A stretch of 64,000 nt of DNA from an uncultured delta proteobacterium (GTDB lineage: Bacteria; Desulfobacterota; Binatia; UBA9968), in the NCBI GenBank assembly GCA_963804165.1, contig CAWDPO010000045.1, positions 32,001-96,000 of the forward strand, read 5' to 3'. A model generated the notes under the pieces. The model did no database searches. It was given only the letters and a program-made list of their open reading frames with translations, and was not told the DNA's origin. Shown in pieces: positions 10,157 through 18,765 of this stretch. Position 1 is the stretch's first letter. Each line of letters starts with the position of its first letter. Both the position numbers and the translations under genes were made by a program.

Positions 10157-12394
10157 TTACATTCGTCGCTTTTCTCTCAACGCGCTGTAAATTGTTTCCG
10201 CCTTCACCGGCAGCTCGAACAGACGCACGCCGATCGCGTCGGCGATGGCGTTGGCAATCGCCGCCGGCGGCGCGTTGTTGGCGAACTCGCCAATCGGCTT
10301 GGCGTTGTGCGGGCCGACGCCGCCTGCCGACGCCACCAACACGGTTTTCAATTCGAACAGATCGGCGATTGACGGCAGCTTGTAATCACCGAGATTACTA
10401 TTCGTTACCCGGCCTTGATCGATGACAATCTCTTCCATCAACCCCTGGCCGACGCCCATCACCGCGGCGCCGTCGATCTGGCCTTGGTGCGCCGTCGGGT
10501 TGATAATCGTGCCGACATCATGCGCGGTGACCATGCGATGCAGTTTCACCGCGCCGGTCTCCGGATCGACTTCGACTTCGGCGACTTGAGCGCAGATGTA
10601 AGAAAACTCGTCGGGTGCGCGATAGTCTTCATAGACGGTGACTTGCAGCGGCTCCGTCGCTTGAGCGATGACACGGCGCAGCGCCACTTGTTGCCCGGGA
10701 TCTTGGCGTAGCGAAAACTTGTCGCCGTCGAAGTCAATTTCAACCGCGCGGCATTCCAGCATGCGCGCCGCTTGGTCGAGTAATTTGTCGCGCAGCTGGT
10801 CGCAGGCTTTGACCATGGCGTTGCCCGCAACATAGGTCATGCGGCTGGCGCGCATGCCGCCATCGCGGGGCGCCGTGTCGGTGTCGCCGATGACGACGTG
10901 AACGTGATCGATAGCGGCTTTGATTCGATCGGCGACTAGTTGGCGCAAGATGGTATGCGTGCCCGAGCCTTGATCGATGCTCGGGCTGATAATTAAATAA
11001 CTGCCATCTGCCTCGGCGGTGAGAATCACGCCGGTGTCGCCACCGCTAATATGGCGGCCCGAGAGCGCGATGCCGCGGCCATGATTGCGCTTCTTCGGTT
11101 TTTTCCAATCAGCGGCATCGAGCGCACCTTGCAACACCTCGCGAAAACGCACGTCCTTCAATTCTTGACCGACAGCGTCGGTTTCGCCTTCGCTGAGAAA
11201 ATTCTTTAGGCGAAACTCCGCGGGGTCCATTTTCAACTCCTTGGCGATAATATCGGTGTGGCAATCCACCGCGAACGCCGTGGCCACCGCGCCGGGGCTG
11301 CGATAGTAACCGCCGGGAACCGTGTTGGTGTAAATCTGCATGAACTCAACGTCTGCGTGTTCGATGCGATACTGGCCGCCGGCATAGTGCCAAGTCGCCA
11401 GCGAAGTATTGGATTTGAGCGCGCCGTAGCCGCCACTGGCGTGCAGCGCCCGCATTTTGCGCGCGACGATCGTGCCATCGCGCTTTACGCCGCTTTTGAT
11501 CGTGATCACCGTCGGATGCGCCGGATTGCTCGCCGAGAGTTCCTCGGCATAGCTCATGACGATCTTTACCGGCCGGCCGGTCTTTTGCGCGAGAAAATAA
11601 AGTACCGGGAGATCGACGCCGTCGCCCTTGCCACCGAATTCGCCGCCGACGTTAACGGGATTCATGCGGATGCGCTCCTCGGGAATCGATAAACATTTCG
11701 AAAGTTGGCTGCGCACACCGAAGGGATTCTTAACCGACGCCCAGACTTGAATGCGCCCATCGGCTTCGATGGCGACCGTCGCCGCATGCGGTTCGAGGTA
11801 GCCTTGATGCCGCGCGGGAATGTTAAAAGTATGCTCCAATACCAGATCCGCTTCGTGAAAACCTTTTTCCACGTCGCCCTTTTTCCATGAGAGCCGCGTC
11901 AGACCGTTATGCAGATCGGCGGCGAGAATATTCTTTGGCGCGCCGTCATAATCCGCCACGTTGTCATGAAGCTTCGGCGCCGACGACGCCATCGCTTCGA
12001 GCGGATCGAACACAGCCGCCAGCGCTTCGTAGTCGACGTCGATCAGATGAATCGCTTCTTCCGCGGCGTCGATCGTCTCCGCCGCCACGGCTGCAACCCG
12101 ATCGCCGACGAAACGAACCTTCTCCCAACACAAAACCGGCATGTCGCGAATCTGCTTGCCAATCAGGAAGCCTTTGACTTCCTCTCCGGTGATGATCGCC
12201 TTCACTCCAGGAACTTTTTTCGCCTGGGAGGTATCGATGCGCCGAATGAGCGCATGCGGATGCGGACTGCGCAGGATTTTTGCCCATAGCAAGCCGGCAA
12301 GCTTCACGTCTGCGGCATAAACCGTTTGGCCGCTCACTTTGTCGCTACCTTCAGCACGCGGCACCGCGGTGCCTACTGTTTTTACTTCGTTCAT
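10157..12394 (-). CDS. xanthine dehydrogenase family molybdopterin-binding large subunit
   Basis: ILRSPHPHA, VGGEFGGK, AHDVGTIINP, GQIDG, KPIGE. Confidence 0.93.
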   Translation of the reverse strand: MNEVKTVGTAVPRAEGSDKVSGQTVYAADVKLAGLLWAKILRSPHPHALIRRIDTSQAKKVPGVKAIITGEEVKGFLIGKQIRDMPVLCWEKVRFVGDRVAAVAAETIDAAEEAIHLIDVDYEALAAVFDPLEAMASSAPKLHDNVADYDGAPKNILAADLHNGLTRLSWKKGDVEKGFHEADLVLEHTFNIPARHQGYLEPHAATVAIEADGRIQVWASVKNPFGVRSQLSKCLSIPEERIRMNPVNVGGEFGGKGDGVDLPVLYFLAQKTGRPVKIVMSYAEELSASNPAHPTVITIKSGVKRDGTIVARKMRALHASGGYGALKSNTSLATWHYAGGQYRIEHADVEFMQIYTNTVPGGYYRSPGAVATAFAVDCHTDIIAKELKMDPAEFRLKNFLSEGETDAVGQELKDVRFREVLQGALDAADWKKPKKRNHGRGIALSGRHISGGDTGVILTAEADGSYLIISPSIDQGSGTHTILRQLVADRIKAAIDHVHVVIGDTDTAPRDGGMRASRMTYVAGNAMVKACDQLRDKLLDQAARMLECRAVEIDFDGDKFSLRQDPGQQVALRRVIAQATEPLQVTVYEDYRAPDEFSYICAQVAEVEVDPETGAVKLHRMVTAHDVGTIINPTAHQGQIDGAAVMGVGQGLMEEIVIDQGRVTNSNLGDYKLPSIADLFELKTVLVASAGGVGPHNAKPIGEFANNAPPAAIANAIADAIGVRLFELPVKAETIYSALREKRRM

Positions 12395-12553
12395 ATCGTT
12401 ACGTCCTTTGTCGTTTGCAAATTTGCAATCTGGCGGGCAAATCAAATTGTGTAAATGTTCGGCTATTAATACGCCGGAGCGCCTAACGTCAAGGCCGGCG
12501 TTGAGCAGGGAATGACTCAAATTGAAACCAGATCCTTCACGGAGTTTATCCTG

Positions 12554-14154
12554 AGAGCCTGTGAAAAAATATCCAAATAACGGCCGCTTCTACACTGGCG
12601 CGAGCCGAGTGCAGGGTTTTAGAAAAATCGTCGTTGCCGGCGGCGCAATTGTCCTCCACCGAGTACAACGCGAGACTGGGAGGCGTGGTGCTCGCAGTGG
12701 TGTTTTGCGTCTGTGCGCTGGTTTTTGCCAAGAGGTGTTACGCCGGTTGGATGAGCGTCACTGCCCGCATCAAGTTGTGCGCGAGGGCGTACCACAACGA
12801 CACCGCTTTGACCTTGTTAAGCCCGCGCACCAAAAACTGGCTAAGCCCGCGGCCGCGCGCAATGGCGTTCACACATTCAGCGGTGGCGGCGCGTTGCTTG
12901 TAAATCTCCTTAGCCGCCTCAGTGCCCATGCGCTGGCGCCACTGGGCAAGCGCCTGGCTGTCATCGGGCAGCGGCACATACGGATCACGGCTGGAGTTTC
13001 TAGGGCGGCGCACTGGAGCATAGACGATAGTGCCCCCTCTGTGGGCATCTTCAATGTCAGCATCGTTGGCAAAACCACCGTCGACCAACCACTCGGCGGG
13101 ACGTTGTTTATAGCGCCGTTGGACTTGCTCGAGCATCGGGGAAAGCTGGCCCCCATCGCTGCCGCAGCTGTTTACTTCGACTCCGACAATGATCTGGCTT
13201 TGGGGAGTGCTCGCCAACTGCACGTTGTAGGCAGGGCGAAAACCGCCGTCCGCCATCTTCATCACTCGCGCCTGAGCATCGGTGCTCGATGCCCTCGGCT
13301 CGCTGCGCTTTCGGTATTGCTCCTCGCTCTCGTTCTCTTTTTTCTCCCCCTTTTTCTTGTTCTTTTGCTTCTCGACCTCAGCCAATTGCTCCAGCGCTTG
13401 GGCCAAGCGCGCTTCACGTTCCTTGCTCGCTCGCTCCCGGGCCGCGCACCGACGCCGGTTGCTAACATGAGGATCGGCATCGATTTCGTCCTTGAGCGCT
13501 TGGACTTGCGCTCGCGCTTGCTTAAGACACAACTCCAATGTCGAGCGGCGGCGAAAAGATCCCGCCCCCGCACTGGCACGCACCCGTATCCCGTCCTGCG
13601 CCACGCACTCCAGCCGCACCAAACCCTTATTGACCAACACCGCGACACTTTCGCTGAGCAGCTCGTCGAGCACATCTACCCGGGCGCAGCGGAAATCCGA
13701 CAACGTGTGGTGGTTCACATTTACCCCACCACAGATCCATCGATACGCGTCGTGCGTCTCGCTCAATCGTTCGATTTCCCGCGCGCTCCCCACTGCATCC
13801 ACCGTCGCGTACAGCCACAGCGCCATCAGAATCTTAGGGTCAATGGCTGCTCGACCCGCCCGACCTTCTACCGAGCCGATCTCGGCATACAGCGCCGACA
13901 AATCCAGTCTCTCCACGAATGCCCACACGTTGCGCACCGCATGCTCCGGCCCTACCGTGGCCTCAAGGTCCACCGGCCGAAGCGCAATCTGATCACGCTG
14001 CGCTGTCAACACCCTCGGCGCTCCACTCGGGGGTGGCCTCTCGGACCGAGCCGCACTACTCTCTGGCATACACGGAAAAATAAAAACTTGTTCATCCATG
14101 AATCGACAATCTCATACGAGCGCTTGCTTGGCGAGTGATTTTTTCACAGGCTCT
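12554..14154 (-). mobile_element. IS1182-family insertion sequence
   Basis: perfect 17-bp terminal inverted repeats AGAGCCTGTGAAAAAAT (12554-12570 and 14138-14154); flanking duplication TGA or CTGAG depending on the exact end chosen. Confidence 0.92.
12738..14099 (-). CDS. IS1182-family DDE transposase
   Basis: GRAAIDPKILMALWLYA, SAREIERL, NHHTLSDFR, AQDGIRVRASA, LVDGGF, YKQRAATAE. Confidence 0.93.
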   Translation of the reverse strand: MDEQVFIFPCMPESSAARSERPPPSGAPRVLTAQRDQIALRPVDLEATVGPEHAVRNVWAFVERLDLSALYAEIGSVEGRAGRAAIDPKILMALWLYATVDAVGSAREIERLSETHDAYRWICGGVNVNHHTLSDFRCARVDVLDELLSESVAVLVNKGLVRLECVAQDGIRVRASAGAGSFRRRSTLELCLKQARAQVQALKDEIDADPHVSNRRRCAARERASKEREARLAQALEQLAEVEKQKNKKKGEKKENESEEQYRKRSEPRASSTDAQARVMKMADGGFRPAYNVQLASTPQSQIIVGVEVNSCGSDGGQLSPMLEQVQRRYKQRPAEWLVDGGFANDADIEDAHRGGTIVYAPVRRPRNSSRDPYVPLPDDSQALAQWRQRMGTEAAKEIYKQRAATAECVNAIARGRGLSQFLVRGLNKVKAVSLWYALAHNLMRAVTLIQPA

Positions 14155-14205
14155 GAGCACAACCGAAGGATTCAGGATGACAACTTCAATTGTCATTCTG
14201 AGCAG

Positions 14206-14381
14206 CAGACTGTATGAGAACTCTCGCGGAGCCCTTCGACGGTGCTCAGGGCGAACGGATAAGTACTCAATTTTTAATGAGACCACGCCGTTCGTGGTGA
14301 GTAGCTTGTCCTGAGCCCTTCGGCTTCGCTCAGGATAAACTCCGTCGAAGGAAACCATGAATGGTGTTTTCACACAGTCTG
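14206..14381. mobile_element. non-autonomous MITE with IS1182-like ends
   Basis: 16-bp imperfect TIR CAGACTGTATGAGAAC / CAGACTGTGTGAAAAC; 4-bp direct repeat GCAG at 14202-14205 and 14382-14385. Confidence 0.8.
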
Positions 14382-14503
14382 GCAGAGCGAAGAATCCTTC
14401 CTGCTGCAACTTTGTGAAGCGCCCCGCACTGTCCACTAATATGAGTCACTACCGATTAATTTCGAGTGTCGATCATTCCGTAATCCTCTGCTAAGCTATC
14501 GGT

Positions 14504-14947
14504 ATGAGTTGGCAAGACAACCTTATCGAGACTCCTCAGCAGATTCGCGATTTGATCGAGCACACCAAGCGCATCGCGGTGCTCGGCATCAAAACCGAAG
14601 CGCAAGCCGATCAACCCTCGGTCTATGTGCCGATGTATCTGCAGAAGGCGGGTTTCGAAATTATTCCCGTGCCGGTCTATTACCCGGAGGCCACGGTGAT
14701 TCTCGGTGAAAAAGTCTATCGCAAGTTAATCGATATTCCCGGCGACATCGACATGATCGATGTCTTTCGCCGCTCCCACGATGTCGCCGGTCACGTCGAC
14801 GACGTCCTCGCGAAGAAACCGAATTCAGTTTGGCTCCAATCGGGCATCCGCAACGACGCCGCGGCGGAGCTCTTCGCCAAAGCCGGCATCAAGGTCGTGC
14901 AAGATCGCTGACTGATGGTCGATCACCGGCGGTCCGCCGGTAAATAA
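14504..14947 (+). CDS. CoA-binding protein (YccU-like); candidate selenoprotein with in-frame TGA at 14909-14911 (ends at 14911 if TGA is a stop)
   Basis: IAVLG, IDMIDVFRRS, VWLQSGIRN; KVVQDR-TGA-LMVDHRRSAGK-TAA matches the family C-terminus VVxDRC(L/I)xVEH; hairpin at 14925-14941. Confidence 0.85.
14925..14941 (+). promoter_or_regulatory. putative bacterial SECIS hairpin
   Basis: ACCGGCG-GTC-CGCCGGT stem-loop with GGUC 20-23 nt after the TGA. Confidence 0.65.
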
Positions 14948-14950
14948 ATT

Positions 14951-14977
14951 GTAGGAGCGACCGGCCGGTCGCCCTAC
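14951..14977. repeat. GTAG-type REP
   Basis: GTAGGAGCGACCGGCCGGTCGCCCTAC. Confidence 0.7.
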
Positions 14978-15837
14978 GCAGCCAACCGCTGCGCTTTCAG
15001 TTGCCGCGCGATGAACGCTTTGATCCTTTCATAAGCACGGTCCGTCTGTGGACTCGGCTTGGCAACCCATCGATGCTCGGCGCCTTGGAACACCTCGAAT
15101 TCGCATTCGCCGCCGGCCGCCTTGTAAGTGGCGGCGAAGCGCTCTTGTACTGCAGGCAAAACATTGTCATCCAGTTCGCCCTGCAGGATATACATCGGCG
15201 GTAATGAAACCTTTTCGCCGCGCTCGAGGATCTTCTGTGGATTGCCTTCGTGGATGGTCTCCCAGGGATTAAAATAAGTTTTGCTGTTCTGGATCATCTC
15301 TTGCCACTGCCTCCGTTCCGCTTGCTGGAAGCGAGCGAATGGGTCGCTAACCGGTGAGCGCACCACGAGGTAGGGCAAAGTCGCGTCGACATTGGGCGCC
15401 TCCGGCAAAGCGTGCGCGTTATAGCGCGGATCGTGCGGGCGCATGGCGCATAATTCAATTTCGTGACCGCCGCTCGAGCTGCCCAGTGCGGCGACGGTAG
15501 CCGGATCGCCGTTCCATTCTCGCGCCTTCGCTTTGAGCCAACGAACGCCATAGTTGGCGTCCTGTACCGAAGCCGGATAAGGCGCTTCCGGCGCGCGGGT
15601 CAGGTCGATGGCGACGACTAAAATACCGCTCCGCGCCAGACTTTCATCCATCGGCGCATTGGCGGTGCGGTCTTGATTGTTCCAGGCGCCGCCGTGCAGG
15701 TCCAACAACACCGGAAACGGCCCATCGCCCTGCGGCTGATAGACCAGCGCCATCAGCTGCCGCGCCGGCGCGCGACGAAACTCAGTATCCCAAACCTTGA
15801 TTTCAAATCGGCCCAACGGATCGTATGCAATTGTCAT
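14974..15837 (-). CDS. alpha/beta hydrolase (HSL/GDXG family)
   Basis: LHGGAW oxyanion motif, GSSSGG nucleophile elbow, GELDD and AEH. Confidence 0.9.
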   Translation of the reverse strand: MTIAYDPLGRFEIKVWDTEFRRAPARQLMALVYQPQGDGPFPVLLDLHGGAWNNQDRTANAPMDESLARSGILVVAIDLTRAPEAPYPASVQDANYGVRWLKAKAREWNGDPATVAALGSSSGGHEIELCAMRPHDPRYNAHALPEAPNVDATLPYLVVRSPVSDPFARFQQAERRQWQEMIQNSKTYFNPWETIHEGNPQKILERGEKVSLPPMYILQGELDDNVLPAVQERFAATYKAAGGECEFEVFQGAEHRWVAKPSPQTDRAYERIKAFIARQLKAQRLAA

Positions 15838-15878
15838 TTTACTTTTCTCCTTTGGTTAAAGAGCTGTAGGCGCTTCGC

Positions 15879-16742
15879 TCACGCCGCCAGGCGCTTCGCT
15901 TTCAATTGCCGCGCGATAAACGCCTTCACCATTTCATGGGCGCGATCGGTTTGCGGACCAGGCCCACGCACCCATAGGTGTTCGCAGCCGGCGAAGACTT
16001 CATATTGACACTCCCCGCCGGCGGCTCGATAGGACGCGGCGAATTTTTCCTGCACTGCCGGACGAACATTGTCGTCGAGCTCGCCTTGCATGATCAGCAG
16101 CGGCACCAACGTCACTTTTTCGCTGCGATCGAGGATCTCCTGCGGGTTGCCGTCGTGGATGGTATCCCAAGGATTGAAGTAGTTCTTGCTGTTTTGCACC
16201 ATCTCGTGGCGGCCTAATTTTTCAGCGTTCAAGTAACGGGCGTAAGGATCGCTCACGGGCGAGCGCGTCGCGACGTAATTGAGCGTCGCATCGAGCTGCG
16301 GAGCTTCCGCGAGTTTATGCACGCAATAATAAGGATCGCTCGGCCGCATGGCGCAGAGCTCGATTTCGTGACCGCCGCTCGAGCTGCCGAGCGCACCGAT
16401 CGTGGCCGGATCGCCGTTCCATTCCGCCGCTTTGTACTTCAGCCATCGGACACCATAGTTGGCGTCTTGCACCGATGCGGGATAGGGCGCCTCTGGCGCG
16501 CGAGTCAAGTCGATCGCCACGACGAGCACACCGCTTCGGGCCAAACTCTCGTCCATCATGGCGTTGGCGCTGCGGTCCTGGTTGTTCCAGGCGCCACCGT
16601 GTAAATCCAACAGCACGGGGAACGGTCCACCGCCTTGCGGTTGATAGACTCGCGCCATCAGCGTCCGCTTGGGCGCGCGGCGAAACTCGACATCCCAAGC
16701 CTTAAAATCGAAACGAGCTAAAGGATTGTATGCAACGGCCAT
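15879..16742 (-). CDS. alpha/beta hydrolase (HSL/GDXG family), tandem paralog
   Basis: same motifs and highly similar to the neighbour; GAAGGAGG RBS before MAVAYNP. Confidence 0.9.
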   Translation of the reverse strand: MAVAYNPLARFDFKAWDVEFRRAPKRTLMARVYQPQGGGPFPVLLDLHGGAWNNQDRSANAMMDESLARSGVLVVAIDLTRAPEAPYPASVQDANYGVRWLKYKAAEWNGDPATIGALGSSSGGHEIELCAMRPSDPYYCVHKLAEAPQLDATLNYVATRSPVSDPYARYLNAEKLGRHEMVQNSKNYFNPWDTIHDGNPQEILDRSEKVTLVPLLIMQGELDDNVRPAVQEKFAASYRAAGGECQYEVFAGCEHLWVRGPGPQTDRAHEMVKAFIARQLKAKRLAA

Positions 16743-16759
16743 CGGGGTATCCTCCTTCA

Positions 16760-17329
16760 TCAATTAGACGTCGGCGTTTCTCCAACTTTCCAGATGTACA
16801 GCGTGCGTGATTCCGCATAATCCGAACCGTCTTCGGGAGGCTTGACGTATTCGATACGGTTGGGCTTCCAATCGTCGATGTCGAAATCATGAGCGATCAC
16901 GCGCGATCCGGGTTTTAATTGCTGCAGCTTCGGACGCAGTGCGTTGTTAAACCATTTGAACATATAGAGCGTCACCACCGTCGCCTCGGAAATATCGACG
17001 GTCAAGCCGTCCTGGGCGCGGAATTCGACTAGAGTGCTGACGCCTTCTTTCACAGCGTTTTCACGCGCCTTGGCAACCAATTCCGCGTTTAAATCGACGC
17101 CGACGCCGCGGATGCCATACTTCTTCGCCGCTTCGATGACGACGCGCCCATCGCCGCTGCCCATGTCATACAAAATATCGCCGTTTTTGATCTCGGCAAC
17201 TTCGAGCATTTTGTGAACGACATGCATCGGCGACGGCACGAAAGGGATAGTGTCCTGCGCGAAAGTCACGCGGCAGAAGGTCGCCATCAGCGCGCTGAGA
17301 AGTAAAACCCTGGTGCAGCCCTTTACCAT
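16760..17329 (-). CDS. class I SAM-dependent methyltransferase with predicted signal peptide
   Basis: PFVPSP, YDMGSGDGR, ATVVTLY, LKPGSRVIAHDF; hydrophobic leader ending TFA-Q. Confidence 0.85.
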   Translation of the reverse strand: MVKGCTRVLLLSALMATFCRVTFAQDTIPFVPSPMHVVHKMLEVAEIKNGDILYDMGSGDGRVVIEAAKKYGIRGVGVDLNAELVAKARENAVKEGVSTLVEFRAQDGLTVDISEATVVTLYMFKWFNNALRPKLQQLKPGSRVIAHDFDIDDWKPNRIEYVKPPEDGSDYAESRTLYIWKVGETPTSN

Positions 17330-17495
17330 GAATTCCCCCGTCGTTAGTTCGATTCGACCAGCCAAGCGACCGAATCTTATCCCTCCCACGGAGGTTGTTG
17401 TCAATGGCAAGGATCGAGATTCGCCGTGAATCTCGTGACAGATTTCGCGCGCTCTGTGCAAATGCGCTTTGGTATGGTAGTAGCAGCCGAGCATC

Positions 17496-18533
17496 ATGTT
17501 GAAAAGAATCTGCCTAAGAGCGCGCGCACTGCGAAGGTTGTTGTCAAGTGGTTGGGTCCTTGCTTTTGCATTGTTCGGCGACATCGCCGTCGCCGCCGGT
17601 CCGGTGTTGATCGCCTACGGCGGCTTCAACGAAACCATGGCGCCGATGTGGGTGGGGGTGGAGAAGGGCCTCTTTAGAAAATACGGCGTCGACGCACGCG
17701 TGCTGCAGACGCGCAGCGGTCAGATCATGATGGCGACCCTGGCAACCGGTGGCGCGTCGTTGGTATGGGCGGCGCCCAGCAGTGCGCTCAATTCGACGGC
17801 AGGCGGCATGAAGGTAGGGTGTTTCGCCGCCGGCAATAACCGGCTGTCGCGCGAGCTGATCGTCCGTAAGGGTATTGAATCTATTGAAGACCTGCGCGGC
17901 AAGTCTTTCGGCGTGCAAAGTATCGGCGGCGGCGGTTGGCTGTCCACCATGGTGTCGCTCGACGCCCTCGGCCTCGACGTCGACAAATACAAGCTTAACA
18001 TGCGAGTGATCGGCGACACCGGCACCCAGACTCAGGCGCTGCTTACCGGCAATATCGATGCCGCGGTTTTGCCATATAGTTACGCGGAGATGGCCAAGCG
18101 CGCCGGCGCCCGATCCTTGGCTGATGTCGGCGCACTGAAAGTCGTCTATCAAGCCACGATCATGTGCTCATTGAAAGATTCCGGTTCCATCACGCTCGAG
18201 ACCCATATCGCTCTGACCAAAGGCTTGATCGAATCCTTGATCTATATTCTCGAGCCCGCCAACAAGCGCGAGGTGGCGGCGATACTCAAAAGAAATCTCC
18301 GCTTGGCCAAAGACGAAGACGGCGAAGCTTCGGCGCGCACGGCACAACTGCAAATGCCCAACATTGAAGTTGGGCTCAACGTCGACTCCTGGAAAACCGT
18401 CCGGCGCCTGGTGGCGCGCATCAATCCCAAAGTTCAAGACGTCGATCTCGATCAGGTGCTTGTCTCATCCGTGATGCAGAACTTGGAAGCCGGCGGATTT
18501 ATGACCGAGATGAGAAAAAGAGTGCCACGATAA
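17496..18533 (+). CDS. NMT1/SsuA-type ABC substrate-binding protein
   Basis: PMWVGVEKGLFRKYG, IEDLRGKSFGV, ALLTGNIDAAV. Confidence 0.88.
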   Translation: MLKRICLRARALRRLLSSGWVLAFALFGDIAVAAGPVLIAYGGFNETMAPMWVGVEKGLFRKYGVDARVLQTRSGQIMMATLATGGASLVWAAPSSALNSTAGGMKVGCFAAGNNRLSRELIVRKGIESIEDLRGKSFGVQSIGGGGWLSTMVSLDALGLDVDKYKLNMRVIGDTGTQTQALLTGNIDAAVLPYSYAEMAKRAGARSLADVGALKVVYQATIMCSLKDSGSITLETHIALTKGLIESLIYILEPANKREVAAILKRNLRLAKDEDGEASARTAQLQMPNIEVGLNVDSWKTVRRLVARINPKVQDVDLDQVLVSSVMQNLEAGGFMTEMRKRVPR

Positions 18534-18553
18534 GCGGGTAAGTTCGCAACACG

Positions 18554-18675
18554 AAATCCGGAATTCGAAACAATATCGAATGGCAAAAAGACAAAATGTT
18601 CAAACGGGCTCGACTCGGACTTGGGTTTTGAATTTTGGAAATTGTTACGGATTTCGATATTCGGATATCGGATTT
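18554..18675. repeat. AT-rich inverted-repeat element built from CGAAAT/TCGGAT units
   Basis: left AAATCCGGAATTCGAAACAAT...GTTCAAAC mirrors right GTTTTGAA...ATTGTTACGGATTTCGATATTCGGATATCGGATTT. Confidence 0.6.
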
Positions 18676-18765
18676 TTTTGACGACATGCGTGGTCCGGAT
18701 GCAGCGCAGCGAAATCTGGAGTTTTTGGCTAACACCTTCAACTACAGCAATAAAGGAGAATAGGC

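Noticed and set aside
12561-14138. 525-aa plus-strand ORF spanning the IS
   Set aside because: Antisense shadow of the transposase with no recognisable motifs
14160-14400. CRISPR array
   Set aside because: Repeats are palindromic, nested and irregular, with no constant repeat-spacer period and no cas genes
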